Assembly: GCF_009914755.1 (NCBI RefSeq)
Contig: NC_060931.1
Length of the DNA: 64,000 nt
Reading direction: 5' to 3' (one strand)
Source: the human T2T-CHM13v2.0 reference genome, Homo sapiens
Position numbers and translations under genes: made by a program. Positions 18,440 through 38,889 of this stretch are shown here, in pieces; positions within the stretch are counted from its first letter, which is position 1; each line of letters starts with the position of its first letter. A model generated the notes under the pieces. The model searched no databases and had not been told where the DNA came from. It worked only from the letters and a program-made list of their open reading frames with translations.

Positions 18440-19440
18440 TAAACAGAACATCAAAATGTAAAATGTTTGTGCATCAAAGGACACTGTTAAGAGTGAAAAG
18501 ACAATTCACAGAATGAGAGAAAATATTTGTAAATCATAAATCTAGTAAGAGATTAATATCCAGAATGTAAAATGAGCTCCTACAACTTAACAACAACAAA
18601 AAAACTCCAAGTAATTAAAAAATGGGCAGAAGAATAGGTATTTCTCTAAAGAAGGTATATAGTAAATGGCCAATAAACACATAAAAAAATGTTCAATATC
18701 ACTAGTCATTAGGGAAATGTAAATTGAAACAACAAAGAGATGCCATTCTATACCCATTAGGATGGCTATTATTAAACAGAAAATTGCAAGGGTTAGCAAG
18801 GATGCAGAGAAACTGGAACCCTTTCACATTGTTGGTGGGAATGTAAAACGGTGTGGCCACTGTGGAAAACAGTTTAGTGGTCCCTCAAAAAGTTAAACAT
18901 AGAACTACCACATGATCCTATATCTAGGTATACACCCAAAAGAATTCAAAGAAGGGACTAAACAGATACTTGTACACAAATGTTCACAACTGCAGAATTC
19001 ACAAAAGCTGAAATGTGGAAACAACGCAAATGTCCATCTATGGATAAATGGATAAACAAAACTGTGGTATATACATACAATGGAATATTATTCAGCCTTA
19101 AAAAAGAATGCAATTCTGATACATACTATATGCAACCTGGATGAGCCTTGAAAATATGCTAAATGAAATAAAACAAGAAAAACACAAAAGAACAAATATA
19201 TGATTCCATTTATATGAGATACCTAGAAAAGAAAGTAGAATGGAGGTTAACCAGGGTCTGGGGAGAAGAGGAATTTGGGAGTTTACTGTTTATTGATACA
19301 GAGGTTCTTGTTTGGGATGATGAAAATGGATAGTGATGATGGTTGCACAACACTATGAATGTACTTAATGTCACTAAACTATATAGTTAGAAACAGTTAA
19401 AATGGTAAATTTTGTTATACATATTTTAGCTCAATTAAAA
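18440..19440 (+). mobile_element. L1M (L1MB-like) ORF2 end and 3'UTR
   Basis: gcatcaaaggacact...gagaaaatatttgtaaatcat...aaatgtccatc, typical L1. Confidence 0.9.
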
Positions 19441-19679
19441 CATCTGCAAAAATTTAAATCATGCTGTCTACTACACTTACTACAGCAGAAAAATATTTTA
19501 GAGATTTTTTTCAAAAACATATTGAGGCAAAACAAAGCAAAAGGTTTCTTTGTTAATGACAGTGTTTAGCAAAGCGATGTTGTTTTATTAAAATTCGCAT
19601 TGCTACTGATATAAAGTCTGGTCTTTAATTCAGTCTCTACCTCTTCTATTTAGTTTTTCCAAATTTAAGTCAATAAAAA

Positions 19680-20163
19680 TTTTATTTATTACTATTATTA
19701 TTTTTTAAAAGACAGGGTCAGCCAGGCGCGGTGGCTCACGCCTGTAATCCTAGCACTTTGGGAGGCTGGGGCGGGTGGATCACCTGAAGTCAGGAGTTCG
19801 AGATCAGCCTGGCCAACATGGTGAAACCCTGTCTCTACTAAAAACACAAAAATTAGCTGAGTGTGGTGGCGGGTGCCTATAATCTCAGCCTACTCAGGAG
19901 GCTGAGGCAGGAAAATCTCTTGAACCCAGGAGGCAGAGGTTGCAGTGAGCTGAGATTGTGCCACTTCACTCCAGCCTGGGCGAAAGAGCAAGACTGTCTC
20001 AAAAAAAAAAAAAAAAAAAAAAAAAAGAAAGGGTCTTGCTCTTTTGCCCAGGCTGGAGTACAGTGGTCAGTGGTGTGATCATATCTCACTGCAACTTTGA
20101 AAAATCCCCCTACCTCAGCCTCCTGAGTAGCTAGGACAACAGGTGTGAGCCACCGTGCCCAGT
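19680..20163. mobile_element. AluSx (+, 19720-20030) nested inside an older deleted AluJ (-)
   Basis: AGGGTC is duplicated on both sides, and the outer Alu continues across the insertion. Confidence 0.85.
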
Positions 20164-20789
20164 CAATAGACATTTATGAAACTCTTCTACTTTTTAAATA
20201 AAAAGAATTTTGATTGAAAATGACTACCCTCAAGGTTGGTTTAAGGTGTTATACCTTGTAATAATCCAAAATAAGTGAAAGGAAAAAATATATTTGTTGC
20301 ATTTTAACAAAATCTATGAAAATGACCATCATTTCCCACCTTTATAACAGATAAAAGTTATATACTTCCAGATTTCTCTGTCAGAGTAAACAATATAAAA
20401 CCAGCATAAACAACACATACTGAGAACTATTACCATTCAACTGACAAAACCTAATTACTTGGAATGAAAAAGATAAATCTTTGACATACTTCTCTACAAG
20501 CAGGAACAAATGCTAGAGCCCCTCATGTAAGGAATGTTTACAGAATCAGGGCAAGATGTGGACATCATATGCAATGTTAAAGACAGAGGCATATTGTTAT
20601 ATTTTTTGTATAAACTGTTATACCCTCAAATATTTCATTCAACTGCTTTTGCTAAGCATTTCGATTAGTTGGTGTGGAAGTATGACAAACAATGAAGGCA
20701 GAAATGAAGACAATGAAGGCAAGTACCATGTGCAGCTTAGTTCACCGTTTGTAAAACAGGAGTATTATTTGTACTGTTCAACACAGTTA

Positions 20790-21297
20790 AGTTGGGCTCA
20801 AAGCGTCCTCCTACTTGGGTAATAAAATTTGGCCCAAAAAGCCAGGTGCACTGGCTCACACCTGTAATCTAGCACTTTGGGAGGGTGAGGTGGGAGGAGC
20901 TTGAGCTCAGGAGAGACCAATCTTGTCTCTACTAAACAAAACAAAACAAAACAAAACAAAACAAAAACCCTCTGTATATGGTGAACTGCAACCTGGCTTG
21001 ATGTGCAAACAAGTTCTAACCTAATCAAAGAGTATATCCTCTTAACCAATCAACTGAGTCTCAGCCAATCACAGGAGCCCAACCCTCAACCAATCCCAAA
21101 CAGAAGGCTGCCAAATTATGCCCAAATAAGGCAAACTCAGAACTGCACCAATCAGGTAATCTCTGTATGTCATTTCCTATTGCAAATATAGGTCACCAGG
21201 ATGTAGAACATCTTCCTCAAGTTCTAGAATCTTTTTCTTGCTCAAATTACCTTTGTTAAATTTAACTGGTCTCAGGTTTTTGTTTTTGTTTTCAACA
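20790..21297 (+). mobile_element. ERV1 LTR (MER31/MER67-like) with an Alu monomer insertion (~20839-20966)
   Basis: CCAAT repeats, gcccaaataaggcaaac, and LTR-like end ...gctcaaa..ctttgttaaatttaa...ttttcaaca. Confidence 0.65.
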
Positions 21298-21349
21298 ATA
21301 TTGATCACATTCTAATTTCCTTGGTATCATGTCATAATTTTGGCAGTAC
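21251..21349 (-). other. FAM133B: Candidate 99-nt alternative cassette exon in FAM133B intron 1, with an in-frame stop
   Basis: Acceptor TTTTGCCATTAG|, donor AAG|GTAATT; after exon 1 it reads VLPKL*; consistent with a recalled isoform starting at Met11. Confidence 0.55.
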
Positions 21350-22879
21350 CTAATGGCAAAATATTTCAGGTTAGAATTGTAAAAACTGTTTATTTCCAAA
21401 GAGTGCAAATATACACATATCAAGGATATTCAGGTCTAAATTACTAAAACAGCAAACACTGAAAACACCCAAATAGCTATCAAACTGGGATTCGCTAAAT
21501 ATATTAAAGTACACACCCTGTTAAATATTACGTAGCTACTAAAATGAATGAAGTAGATCCATAGTTCCTGATAAGAAAATGTTTAAGATTTCTCAAGTGA
21601 AAAGCAAAGGCAAGTTGCCAAAATGAAAGAATTATTTTAATAAATAACTAAAAATTTAAAAATCAGAAAAATTAGACTGCATGTGCACCAAAATATAAAG
21701 GAAAACATCCATATTCATTCACACACTGGAGAAAAAAATTTTAAATAATGATTACCTTTATAAAACAAAAAATGTAACTGCGTAAACATTATTATAGTAA
21801 TAAAGGTAAAGAAAATGACAAAAATCCAACCACAATACTGCCACTCCAACTCAGAGAGCTGAACTGTCCTTATGTAAAAATTCACAGATAATGCAGTGGC
21901 AATTTTTCATTCTAATGAAAAAAATTATAACATTTACCATGTTTTACAGTCTTCAAGTTATCTAGCATGTATCTTTAAAGTACATTAATATTTTTACATC
22001 TTACTGTGTACTATCAAACTGCTTTCATAAAGTACATACCAACCTATTCCTACTTTTCAGAGGAAAATGCTAGTAAAGTAGTATATTCACATGCTAGGAC
22101 TACGGGTACAATTACATGAACTACTGCTGAATAAGGCTTACTTTTAAGCTTTTGACCACAAACACTATCTCAGTCTGCTTAAGTACACTCCAAATATCTC
22201 CATTGTTTATTTCAATTATAATAGCAATATTTTTTAAAGTGCATCTTATGTTCTAGGCTCCATGCAAAACACTTGATAGTCTGCTCTTATTCATTAAGCA
22301 ACAATACTTTTCTTTAAAACTATGCACAACAGAAAGCTTTTAAAACAAGCAACTATTTTCACAAAGGTACAGGAGTTTTCATTTTTGTATCAGTGTGAAA
22401 AATAATGCTTCTAACATTAAGTGGGTGGCATGGTTAAGCATTCACTAAAATATAGAGATTGTGCAATTTCTTGAAACATTTCACTATGACTTAATCATTA
22501 TAAACACTGTGACCTTGTAAATCAAACATTCACATCCATATGTAACTAGAATTCTCTGTGGCTTCAAACTGCTGCATGAGTTCAGATAACAGAAAATGAT
22601 TTGTTTCTGAAACTCAGGATGGCAAATTGGTCTCAAGGGGATATGTATGGGGGCAGGTACAAAAAGAGCAATGCAGTAAAACTGGCTAAAGACACAATGT
22701 GCAGAATTTCATTTGTCAATTTGATTACCTATTTTTATCTAGAGGATACATCTATTTTAGAGGTCCCAAAGTAGCAGAAAAGAACATGAAGAACACTTCG
22801 GAAAATAACAAGCACAAAAGGTGGCCATCATGAACTTAAGAGCCCTTTACAAGTCCTGAATTAAAACGTTCAGTTATAA

Positions 22880-23950
<1,071 letters not shown>

Positions 23951-24567
23951 AAATCAAGAGTTAAGATGTACAGAATTGAGTGTCAGATGACTGAAGTTTT
24001 GGTCCCAGTTTAAAGTCTTACCCCTCCTCTATGCAATGAGGAGACTGAATTAGACAATCCGTGTCTTCTACCTCTTAATTTCTTGTTCTTAATCCCAATC
24101 TTTGAAGTGCACACAAAATGTTACCAGAATACTCTGTGCCATAGCTGCATACCAAAAGTAGTAAGTAGAGCCCAGAGCTATCAAAATGTTCTAGTAAATG
24201 AAGCTAATTTGGTAAGTTTTTCAAATGTTTTAGAGGAATGTTTCAACCAAAACGTTTTTTCAGTAATATGAAACATTTTAGGTCTGTATATGAAACTGCA
24301 TCCAAGGTCAGGTGATCTCTAAACATTCAAGGCCCAAGGGTATTAGAAGAGCCCAAAATACTCAAACACCTAAGGATGCTCCTATGCTGAAATGGTGTTA
24401 TGCTACATAATTTCAACGCCATGACAATCAAGATAGCACAACAAAGTCTCACCTACAGCCAGGAGAAAGAACAACCCGCTATCTTGTAATCAAGATTCAC
24501 TACCACAGTGGTTCCTAGACATTTTCCATTATAAAGACTATACAGAACTACAAAGTTTTTAAGATGG

Positions 24568-24983
24568 TGAAATGGTTTGGATCTGTGTCCCCGCCCAAAT
24601 CTCATGTCGAATTGTAATCCCCAATGTTGGAGGTGGGGCCTGGTGGGAGGTGACTGGATCATGGGGGCGGAGTTCTCATGAATGGCTTAGCATCCTCCTC
24701 TCCCCAGCACTGCATAGAGATGATTTCTCAACAGATGCGGTTGTTTAAAACTGTGTAGCAACTCTCCCCGTCCCTCTCTTGGTCCCGCTCCTGCCATGTA
24801 AGACGCCTGCTCCTGCTTTGCCTTCCACCATGAGTAACAGCTCCCTGAGGCCTCCCCAGAAGCAGATGCCGCTAAGCTTCCTGTACAGCCCATAGAACCG
24901 TGAGCCAATTAAACACTTTTCTTTATAAATTACCCAGCCTCAGGTTTTTCTTTATAAAAGCCATGCAAGAACTGGCTACTACA
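24568..24983 (+). mobile_element. MST (MaLR) solo LTR
   Basis: TG...CA termini, 5-bp TSD GATGG, MST consensus start tggtttggatctgtgtcccc. Confidence 0.92.
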
Positions 24984-25479
24984 GATGGCAAGTGTCATCA
25001 TTTCGTAAATGTTAAGTCTCCTTTGGTGTGAGACACACACAGCTTGCAAATAATTGTTGAATAAAAAAGCGAGTTCAAGAAACGTAGCACATTCGTTTTA
25101 CGTGCATTTTCCTCATTTTGCTACTCAGTGGCTAAAACTTTGTCACAGGCAAGCCCAGAAATTGTCAGGCTGCAACCTAAGCTTATTGTTATTTCATTAT
25201 GTTTACTACTCATTCAATCTGATTCATAACCTGAGTTTTTCAGCCCCCTCCCCGCCCCAGCGGTCTAGAATACTTTCCTCCCATCTCCGCTTCTCAAAAG
25301 CACCTTTTCTTTTGAATGCCTTTAGAATCTCTAACAACTATCAAGGACCATTTCCTACTCTTTCTGCTGTAAGTTATTTATGCATCTCTTTTATCTCATT
25401 CACTAGAGTAATAATTTTCATGCCCAGTACTCGCTCACACATCTTGCCTTTTGTGATTTCAATTAATCTGTAAGGTTGT

Positions 25480-26540
25480 AGATAATAATGATCCCCTTTT
25501 ATAAACGACGGCACAGAGAAGAAAAGTAACTTGTTCTAGGTCACCCAACTTCCGACGGAACAAAACTGACATTCCAGTTTTGTGTTGGACTCGAAAGCCA
25601 ACTATTTTCACGCCATTCATTCCCTCACAGTGTCTATGGGGGCCAGGTCCTACAGGGCGCTGGAGACACGAAAGCAAATGCTGCCATCCCATTTTCAAAC
25701 GGGAGCCTGCTTGTCGCTAAAACCAGGCGCGCTGCTGGCTCTCCGGCACAGGGACCGCGTCGAGGCCTCTGTGCCTCCCTCCCACTTGGGTGCGCAGGAG
25801 AGGGGTGCGGACCTGGGGCGGCCGATACCAAGGGGCGGGTGAGTCGGATGCGTCCAAGGGCCTAAGTCTTCGGAGTTACATGGCGGGGCCAGGTGTGGGG
25901 GGGGTTCCCCGAGCCCTCGCGGTTCTAAGTGGGCACTGGGGGCCCGCGTACAGCAGGCAAGAGTGCAAACCAGCAGCGCCAGAAAGAGCGACGAGGTGAG
26001 GGAAGAAAAAAGGGGCGGGCAAGAGAGAGCTGGGAACCCTAAAGCGCCAACTGCGTGCGCGGCGCACGCGCATCTGGGATCGGCGGAGGGTGCTGGGTCT
26101 CCAGGCCCCACGTCTGAGGGCTGCCGCTTGCCCTCCGGCCCGGCCGGGAACAGCGAGGGTTCTCGCTGTCCTGCCGCCGGGCCCTGCGTCGCCCCACTGT
26201 TTTCCCGGCTGAGTACTCACCACCCGATTGTCCCGCTTCCCCATGGTGCTGGATCGAGCGCACAGTAGCACGCCGAGGGAAACCGGGCCGGAGAGACTGC
26301 CGAAGAGGGCCTGCCGCAGGTCCTCTTGCCGCCTCCCCACTCCGCCTAGAGAGCGGCACCACGCGGACTCGACGGCCGCGCTCTGCTACAGCGCCCCCTA
26401 TCTCTGTGGAGGACAGGCCGGCTCCAGAGATCGCTGCAGTTGGCGGAGCGCCTGCAGGAGTCCGGTCGTTCATTAGGCACCCAAGAGCAGGCGACGCTGC
26501 GCTTCTGCACCGGAGCCCCACCAAGGCAGCTCGCTTCAGT
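25480..26540. promoter_or_regulatory. CpG island / FAM133B promoter, with NRF1-like (26062-26072), GC-box and CTCF-like (26389-26404) motifs
   Basis: High GC and CpG density around exon 1; GCGCACGCGCA, GGGGCGGG, CAGCGCCCCCTA. Confidence 0.88.
26221..26244 (-). CDS. FAM133B: FAM133B coding exon 1 (MGKRDNRV)
   Basis: ATG at 26244 in Kozak context ACCATGG; donor GTG|GTGAGT; lies in a CpG island; matches the recalled FAM133B N-terminus. Confidence 0.96.
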
Positions 26541-26564
26541 TTGGCCTTGGATTGTTTTGCTTTC

Positions 26565-26884
<320 letters not shown>

Positions 26885-28527
26885 TTCTTCCATTCTTGAT
26901 ACACTGAAATACTCATTCGAGGGGACACAAAGATTCTCCCGATGCTTATTTTGTGCTTGACAGAGTGCAAGTGCTGGGGACAAAGTGAGGACCAAAGAGC
27001 CTTGGTCCCTCACGGAGCCCATCAGCTGGTGGGGGGAAAGGCAGTGCTGTCATAGACGCTGCTAACGAAATCACCCTTTAATTTCAATCCCATTCATTCA
27101 TCACCTGTGCATTCATTTCACACTAATTTTTGAACATGTAGTTTGTACAGTTTTCACTAACTGGGTGGCTGGAAGCTGGAGCTGGGTAGGGCACAAAGAT
27201 GATTAAGAAAAATCCCTATCGTCAAGGAGCCTGTTTATAAACTCGTAAGGGCAATAAACACACACAGGGCCAACTTTACTGCATAGCATATCGTAATATT
27301 GGCACTACTGCACTGCAACTTTAAGGAAGATGATCTGGGCTCCAGAGAAGATAATCATATTTAGTAAGTATTTATAGATAAAGCGACCCCTCTGGGTTCA
27401 TCTTAGCAAGTATCATTAGGAAGTAGTTGAAAATCAATTAGGATCTTCTCCGGACTCTTGGAAATGGCAAAATGGGAATTACACTAATTACATACAAGAA
27501 CATGCTTTAAAATCATCTTTCCCGATCTCTGCCTCCCTCCCTCCCTGCATTTTTCATGCTACACTATATGACAGATGCTCCCAACTACCATCTTCTGTCT
27601 CAAAACTTTTCCAAACTCTCACATGCAGTCCTTGGTGGTTCTGCTCCCTACTAAGTGTTGATTCTTCCTCAGTAACCCACTTTCCAAAATGAGGCCTCCA
27701 GTCTCTCATTTCTCCTCCTCCTCCATTACCCCCGACTTAAGCTGGGGACTCTGACTGAAGACAGGCTTCTTTTTATACACAAGAGGAAGAGGAGAACCTA
27801 TTAATATTAAGTTATTCTTTCTTTCCTGGCTTATTTTTCATGTTTTAAATATTCTAGGCATTTGACAGATATTATTTTTAATACTCCAACATGATAAGCA
27901 TGATAATACCTGTGAGAGAATATAGTTTTTTTTTTCCCTCTTCAGCTCCTTCTTACCTTTCACTTCCTTGGTTGGCTGATTGTACAGAACACAGAGATTT
28001 TTAAAAATATGGTATAAGTCAACAGAAAGGTTGTGTTTCCTTTAGAAGTCTCTCTCTCTCTGCGAGTGTACACAACCCCTCCTGGATGAAACGTGAATCC
28101 CTGGGGGGACAGAGAAACAAGAAAATGACCAGGGGCCTGTGAAGATAAGGAAGATGGCAAGAGCTATCGGGAGCTCATCTGAGTGGACTACATAAAGAAC
28201 AAATCAGTCCAAGACTTCTCAGGATATAATTCAGTGACAGTAGAAATCTTTACACATTCTCTGCACATGTGTGATCTGCTAATAAATACATTTCTGTCCT
28301 AGCAGTGGGCCTACATGCCCTCCCGAATGTTCTAGGCATAACCAGGAGATTACATTCCATTTTGTGGATGAGAAAAACCGAGGCGAAGGGAAGCCGAGTA
28401 ATTTGTGCCAGCTTCCACAGCAAGAAAGCAGAGAAGCTGGGGATTCAAACACAGGTGTGTCAAACATGAAAGCATTTACAAGATGCAGTCTCTATTAAAT
28501 ACACACATAGACACACAGGCACGCGTA

Positions 28528-28528
<1 letters not shown>

Positions 28529-28560
<32 letters not shown>
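28529..28560. repeat. (CA)n microsatellite
   Basis: Seen directly. Confidence 0.96.
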
Positions 28561-28562
<2 letters not shown>

Positions 28563-28870
28563 ACACCATGAAAGCATATGCTTTCCTTACAAAATCACAC
28601 TGCCTTTGGGAGGGGAGAGAAGAGAGGGAGGATTGAGAAGTGGCATTTCAGGTGGATTGTGACCCTGGGCCAGCTTCCCTCAGAGGAACTGAGAGGGAAG
28701 GACATTACAGAGGGAATAGCCCGCGTAAAAGGAGTGGTGATGTGGTCAGGTTTGGCAGCATAGAACACTTATGATAGAAGGGAACAAGGCTGGAAAGGTA
28801 CACTGGGCCTGGAGGCAAAGGACCTCGAATGCCAAAGGAAGAAGTTATATTTTATTCTGCAGGCAGAGCC

Positions 28871-30830
<1,960 letters not shown>

Positions 30831-31835
30831 GAATGTGAGTATATAGAGTATGGCAGTATGTGCAGCAAGAGGATGCATTGGTTGAGCCTTATGAAATTGC
30901 CGACATGCAGTAATTTCTAACCTATGAGAATGGCAATTTCATATGGTTCAACTTTTTACGTACGTATGCTTGAAATCTTCATTGCTGGATACTTCATAAT
31001 GGTATTAGTGAGTTTAGAGGGCAGGTATAGGAATTTTTATTTTCCACCATATTCCCTTCTTTCTGATTTATTTTATTTTATAGGACTGCTCAGCTAATCA
31101 ACTCCCCTTGCTCCGATTCCACACTCACCATTTAACTTCTGGATGTAATTTTGCCTACATGCAGAGAAAATGATCACCAGCAAACGTGATCATCTTGTGC
31201 TCCTGACAACTATATTTCTCGCTGTAAAAAATATAAAAAGGATGTTTTTAAAAAAGGATTTGGATCATGAAAACCAAATAGACATTCATTTTAATTAATT
31301 TTCCGTTTGTAAACCCCAGGTTGAGTACTATTATTGGATAAAGGCAGTGGAAGCTACCAAGTAAAGTGAGTCAGAAAGGAAAGTTTCTGGTGTTCATGAG
31401 GGCGCCAACTGAATCAATGGGTTATAATTTCACTGTAATTTTCCTCTCGTTCCACCCTTGTTGAGGTGACTCACAAGCTATAAACATTCTTGGACAATTA
31501 TTTCAGGATGGCTTTGTTGTTAGCATTGAAAGAAAACATCTTTATTTTTTCTTTTAAAAATCAGCTTTATTGAGGTATATTCCACATCCGGTAAAATCCA
31601 CCAGTTTAAAATGTTCAGTTTGATGAGTTTTGAAAAATATATATGATCATGTAACCGTGACTACCATCAGGATATCATTTTCCATCTCTCTAGAAAGTTT
31701 CCTTGTGCCCTTTTGCAGTTAAACCTATAACCTTGCTAAATTTATTCATTCTAGTAGCCTTTTTTTTTTTTTTTTTTGGTAGAGCCTTTGGAGTTTCTAC
31801 ATAGACACTCATACTGTCTTTGAATAAAGAGAGAC

Positions 31836-35205
<3,370 letters not shown>

Positions 35206-35314
35206 ATGAGTTTCCAGTGATGAGATGACTTAAAGCTAGCTGCTGACATATGCAAATAAATATAAATGCATGCGCAGTACTGCCCTTAGAAGCACTGTTT
35301 CTTTCTTCTTCTTC

Positions 35315-35580
35315 TTTTTTTTTTTTTTTTTTTTTTTTGAGACTGGGTCTCACTCTGTCAACTAGGCTGGAGTGCAGTGGCACAATCATGACTTACTACT
35401 TGGACCTTCCTGGCTCAAGCCATCCTCCCACCTCAGTCTCAGGGTCCATGCCACCGTGCCTGGCTTTTTTTTTGTATTTTTTGTAGTGACGGGGTTTCAC
35501 CATGTTCCCAGGCTGGTCTCAAACCCCTGGGCTTGGCCTCCCAAAGTGCTGGGATTATAGGCGTGGGCCACCGCACCCTC
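35315..35580 (-). mobile_element. AluJ
   Basis: Diverged Alu; TSD CTTAGAAGCA. Confidence 0.85.
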
Positions 35581-36829
35581 CTTAGAAGCATTGTTTCTAA
35601 CAGTAAAAAATTGGATATATGGTGGGGAGAAATACCTATCAATAGGGGATTGGGTAAGTAAATTATAGTACATTTACACAATGGCACACTATTCAGCTGT
35701 AAGAGAAGTTAATGTAGATTTATATGTATTGCAATGACGAATTGTCCAAGATCTTCTGTAAAGCAACACACAACACTCAAAACACAAGTTATTGAATGGG
35801 GTGTACAGCCAGCCCATCATCATAGCGTAAAATTTCATTCCTGTATCTTACATGTATCTGTACAAAGCTAGGTATCTAGAAATTATTTATCAAAATATTA
35901 GCAGTGATTTTCTCCAGGTTGTGGAGTTTCAGGTAATATTAATTTTTTTCTTAGTAGTTTTTGTATTCTTTAAATATTTTATGGTAAGTATGTGATGATT
36001 TTATTTCAGCAGTTACATTTCAGTCACTTGGCCACTGGAAATTCATCACTAATCCATTCAATACTATTGAACCTCTACTCTGTTTAGGCACCACTAGACC
36101 CTAGAGCATGCACTGATATTTCTTTCCTATGTGTTTATATACAACTTCATTTCAGAACTTTTTGGGGCTGACCACACCATCTACTTATTCTCACTTTGGA
36201 GGTAAGAATGACTTGATGAAATAAGATAGTTTGTATGGCATGTACCAAATTGGCACTTGGGGAGTTCACTGGATGTCAATTGCTTCCCTTCTCCTCCAGG
36301 GCACTATTTTTGCTGCATCCACAGTTAAATAACACTGTATCACAATGCAATCCAAGGAGCAGGAGGGAGGGTCTATTATTACAAACCATCACTGTTGAAC
36401 CAATGAACTACTGGGTGCCTCTTGATGCTTCTGCCTCCTTGTATCGGATGCTCTTTGAAAGCCGACACCAGTTGTAGACATCCAGTGAATATGGGTAAAC
36501 TTGACTTTCTTTATCACAGAATAGTTGTCATTTTCAAATGAAGAATCCTGGAGACCAGAGGAGGTACAGCATTTAGAACAACAGACCCCTTTCCAAACAA
36601 GTGCCAATGTGTTCTCTTGGCTGCTGTGGTGCTTCTCAAAATTTTCCACAGGAGAGGGAATTGTATCAAGGGGCATCTAGTGGTATCCTCCAATGCAGTT
36701 ATTAAAGTCAAATAGTATCTTTGAAGTTATCTGTATTTTTTTCATTTTTATAAAAATGGGTTTATTTAAAAATAAATCTATAAAAGTAGAAATACATTGC
36801 TTTAAGAATCTGAATTTTGCATTCTATTC

Positions 36830-38100
36830 CACAGAGTCTCACTCTGTCTCCCAGGCTGGAGTACAGTGGTGTGATCTCAGCTCACTGCAGCCTCTGCCTC
36901 CCGGGTTGAAGTGATCCTCCTGCCTCAATCTCCTAAGCAGCTGAGATTACAAACATGCACCACCATGCCTGGCTAATTTTTGTATTTTTAGTAGAGACTG
37001 GGTTTCACCACACTGCAGAGCAAACATGGCATCCTGGGACCCATCCCTACCATTAAGAGTGTTTCCCTACAGAACAGGAGGTGCAAATTGGGCTGACATT
37101 CCAAAGGGCAAAATCAGCGGCAAACAGCTACTAGGTTCTTAATGTAATGTAATGTAATGTAATGTAATGTAATGTAATGTAATGTAATGTAATGTATAGT
37201 AGGTTCTGAGTGAGTAATACAGAGATAACTGAAGGAGCTGTTCATACATAGCTTCAAAAAAAAAAAAAAAAAAAAGGTCCAGTAGGCCAGACGCGGTGCC
37301 GCAAGCCTGTAATCCCAGCACTTTGAGAGGCCGAGGGGAGTGGATTACCTGAGGTTAGGAGTTTGCAACCAGCCTGACTAACATGGTGAAACCCAATCTC
37401 TACTAAATACACAAAAAATTAGCCAGGTGTGGTGGTGCATGCCTGTAATCCGAGCTACTTGGGAGGCTGAGACAGGAGAATTACTTGTACCTGGGAGGCG
37501 GAAGTTGCAGTGAGCCGAGATCGCGCCACTTCACTCCAGCCTAAGCAATAAGAGCGAAATTCCATCTCAAAAATAAATAAATAAATAAATAAAATAAAAA
37601 ATAAAGAAAATGGTCCAATCAAACCTGGTTGTAGATGCCTATGGTTTGTGGAAACATGTATCATTATGACTGACCCCTTTATAAACCACAAGTTTTTGAT
37701 ATCTTAATAAAGATCAAATTCTTGACCCTTTATATTACCTCATGAATATTTTTTAAAGAGTTTTAAAATTTAAAATTTAAAGTTTAAAAATCTAAATGGT
37801 TATGATCCAGATATTTGAGGGCCACTGTCCCAGGCACAGTCTCACCAGCCTCCTGGGCATGGTGGCTCATGCCAGCACTTAGGGAGGCCAAGGCAGGAGG
37901 ATCACCTGACCCCAAGAGTTTGAGACCAGCCTAGGCAACATAGTGAGACCCTGTCTCTACAAATAAGAATAATAATAATTAGCCAGGAGTGGTGGTTCCT
38001 GCCTGTAGTCCCAGATACTTGGGGGGTGAGATTGTGCCACTGCACTTTAGTCTACGTGCAGAGTAAGATCCTGCCTCAAAAATAAATAAATAAATAAAAT
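36830..38100. mobile_element. Half Alu (-, 36830-37010), AluSp (+, 37285-37608), deleted AluJ (+, 37855-38100)
   Basis: Alu consensus segments. Confidence 0.85.
37140..37196. repeat. (AATGT)n pentanucleotide microsatellite
   Basis: About 11 perfect units. Confidence 0.97.
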
Positions 38101-38435
38101 TTAAATGCAATTTAGGACCTATAAAAAAATAAAGGCAAGTCCTAATGGGAGCTTCTAGGGAATTCTGGAAGTCCAATTTAAATACAGTATACCTGATATT
38201 ATATACGAAGAGAGGAATATATGTATCAGTGACAATGATCCCCCTTTTGGTTTATTGTGTAGTATCTCGGGAGCTGCTTGATCTATTCCTCCCTCTGCCT
38301 CCAGTACATACATAGTTGAACAAAAATTAACAGAAATAATCTCCTTCTTTAAAGTCCTTCTGTGGTTCCAAGCTCCTTTACATGGCCTATATGACCTTAC
38401 CTCCTGACTCTCCTTCACATACCCGCCTCTTTTAT

Positions 38436-38889
38436 CAATAATTTTCAAACTGTAAGTCATGGCCTATTCATGTGATTGTGAAATCAGCTTTAGTCACTAG
38501 TTATTTTCAGAGTAGTAGATAACAAAACAGAAAAGAGAATGTGTGGACCACATAGCATCATTTTGTAAAATGTAAGTTTGAACAAATATGGCCTTCCGGG
38601 AGCCATCCACATAAGGAGTTCTTCCCTAGACAACAGGAAATGTAAATTGGGATGACAGTCCAGAGGGTAAAATCAATGGCAAAAGGCTACTAGGCTTTTT
38701 TAATGCAATGTGGTCCTAAGTGAGTACCAAATACCAGAGATAACCAAAGGAGCTGTTTGTACACAGCTTCAAAGAAAATGATCCAGCATATATGTGTGTG
38801 TGTGTATGTGTGTGTATGTGTGTACCAGCTCATGCTGGCAGATTCTATTTCTTTCTCTAGGTTATGATCCAGATATTTGAAGGCCACTG
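38436..38889. mobile_element. hAT-type MER DNA transposon (subfamily uncertain), interrupted at ~38580-38787
   Basis: Termini caataattttcaaac... and ...atttgaaggccactg; internal (TG)n. Confidence 0.5.
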
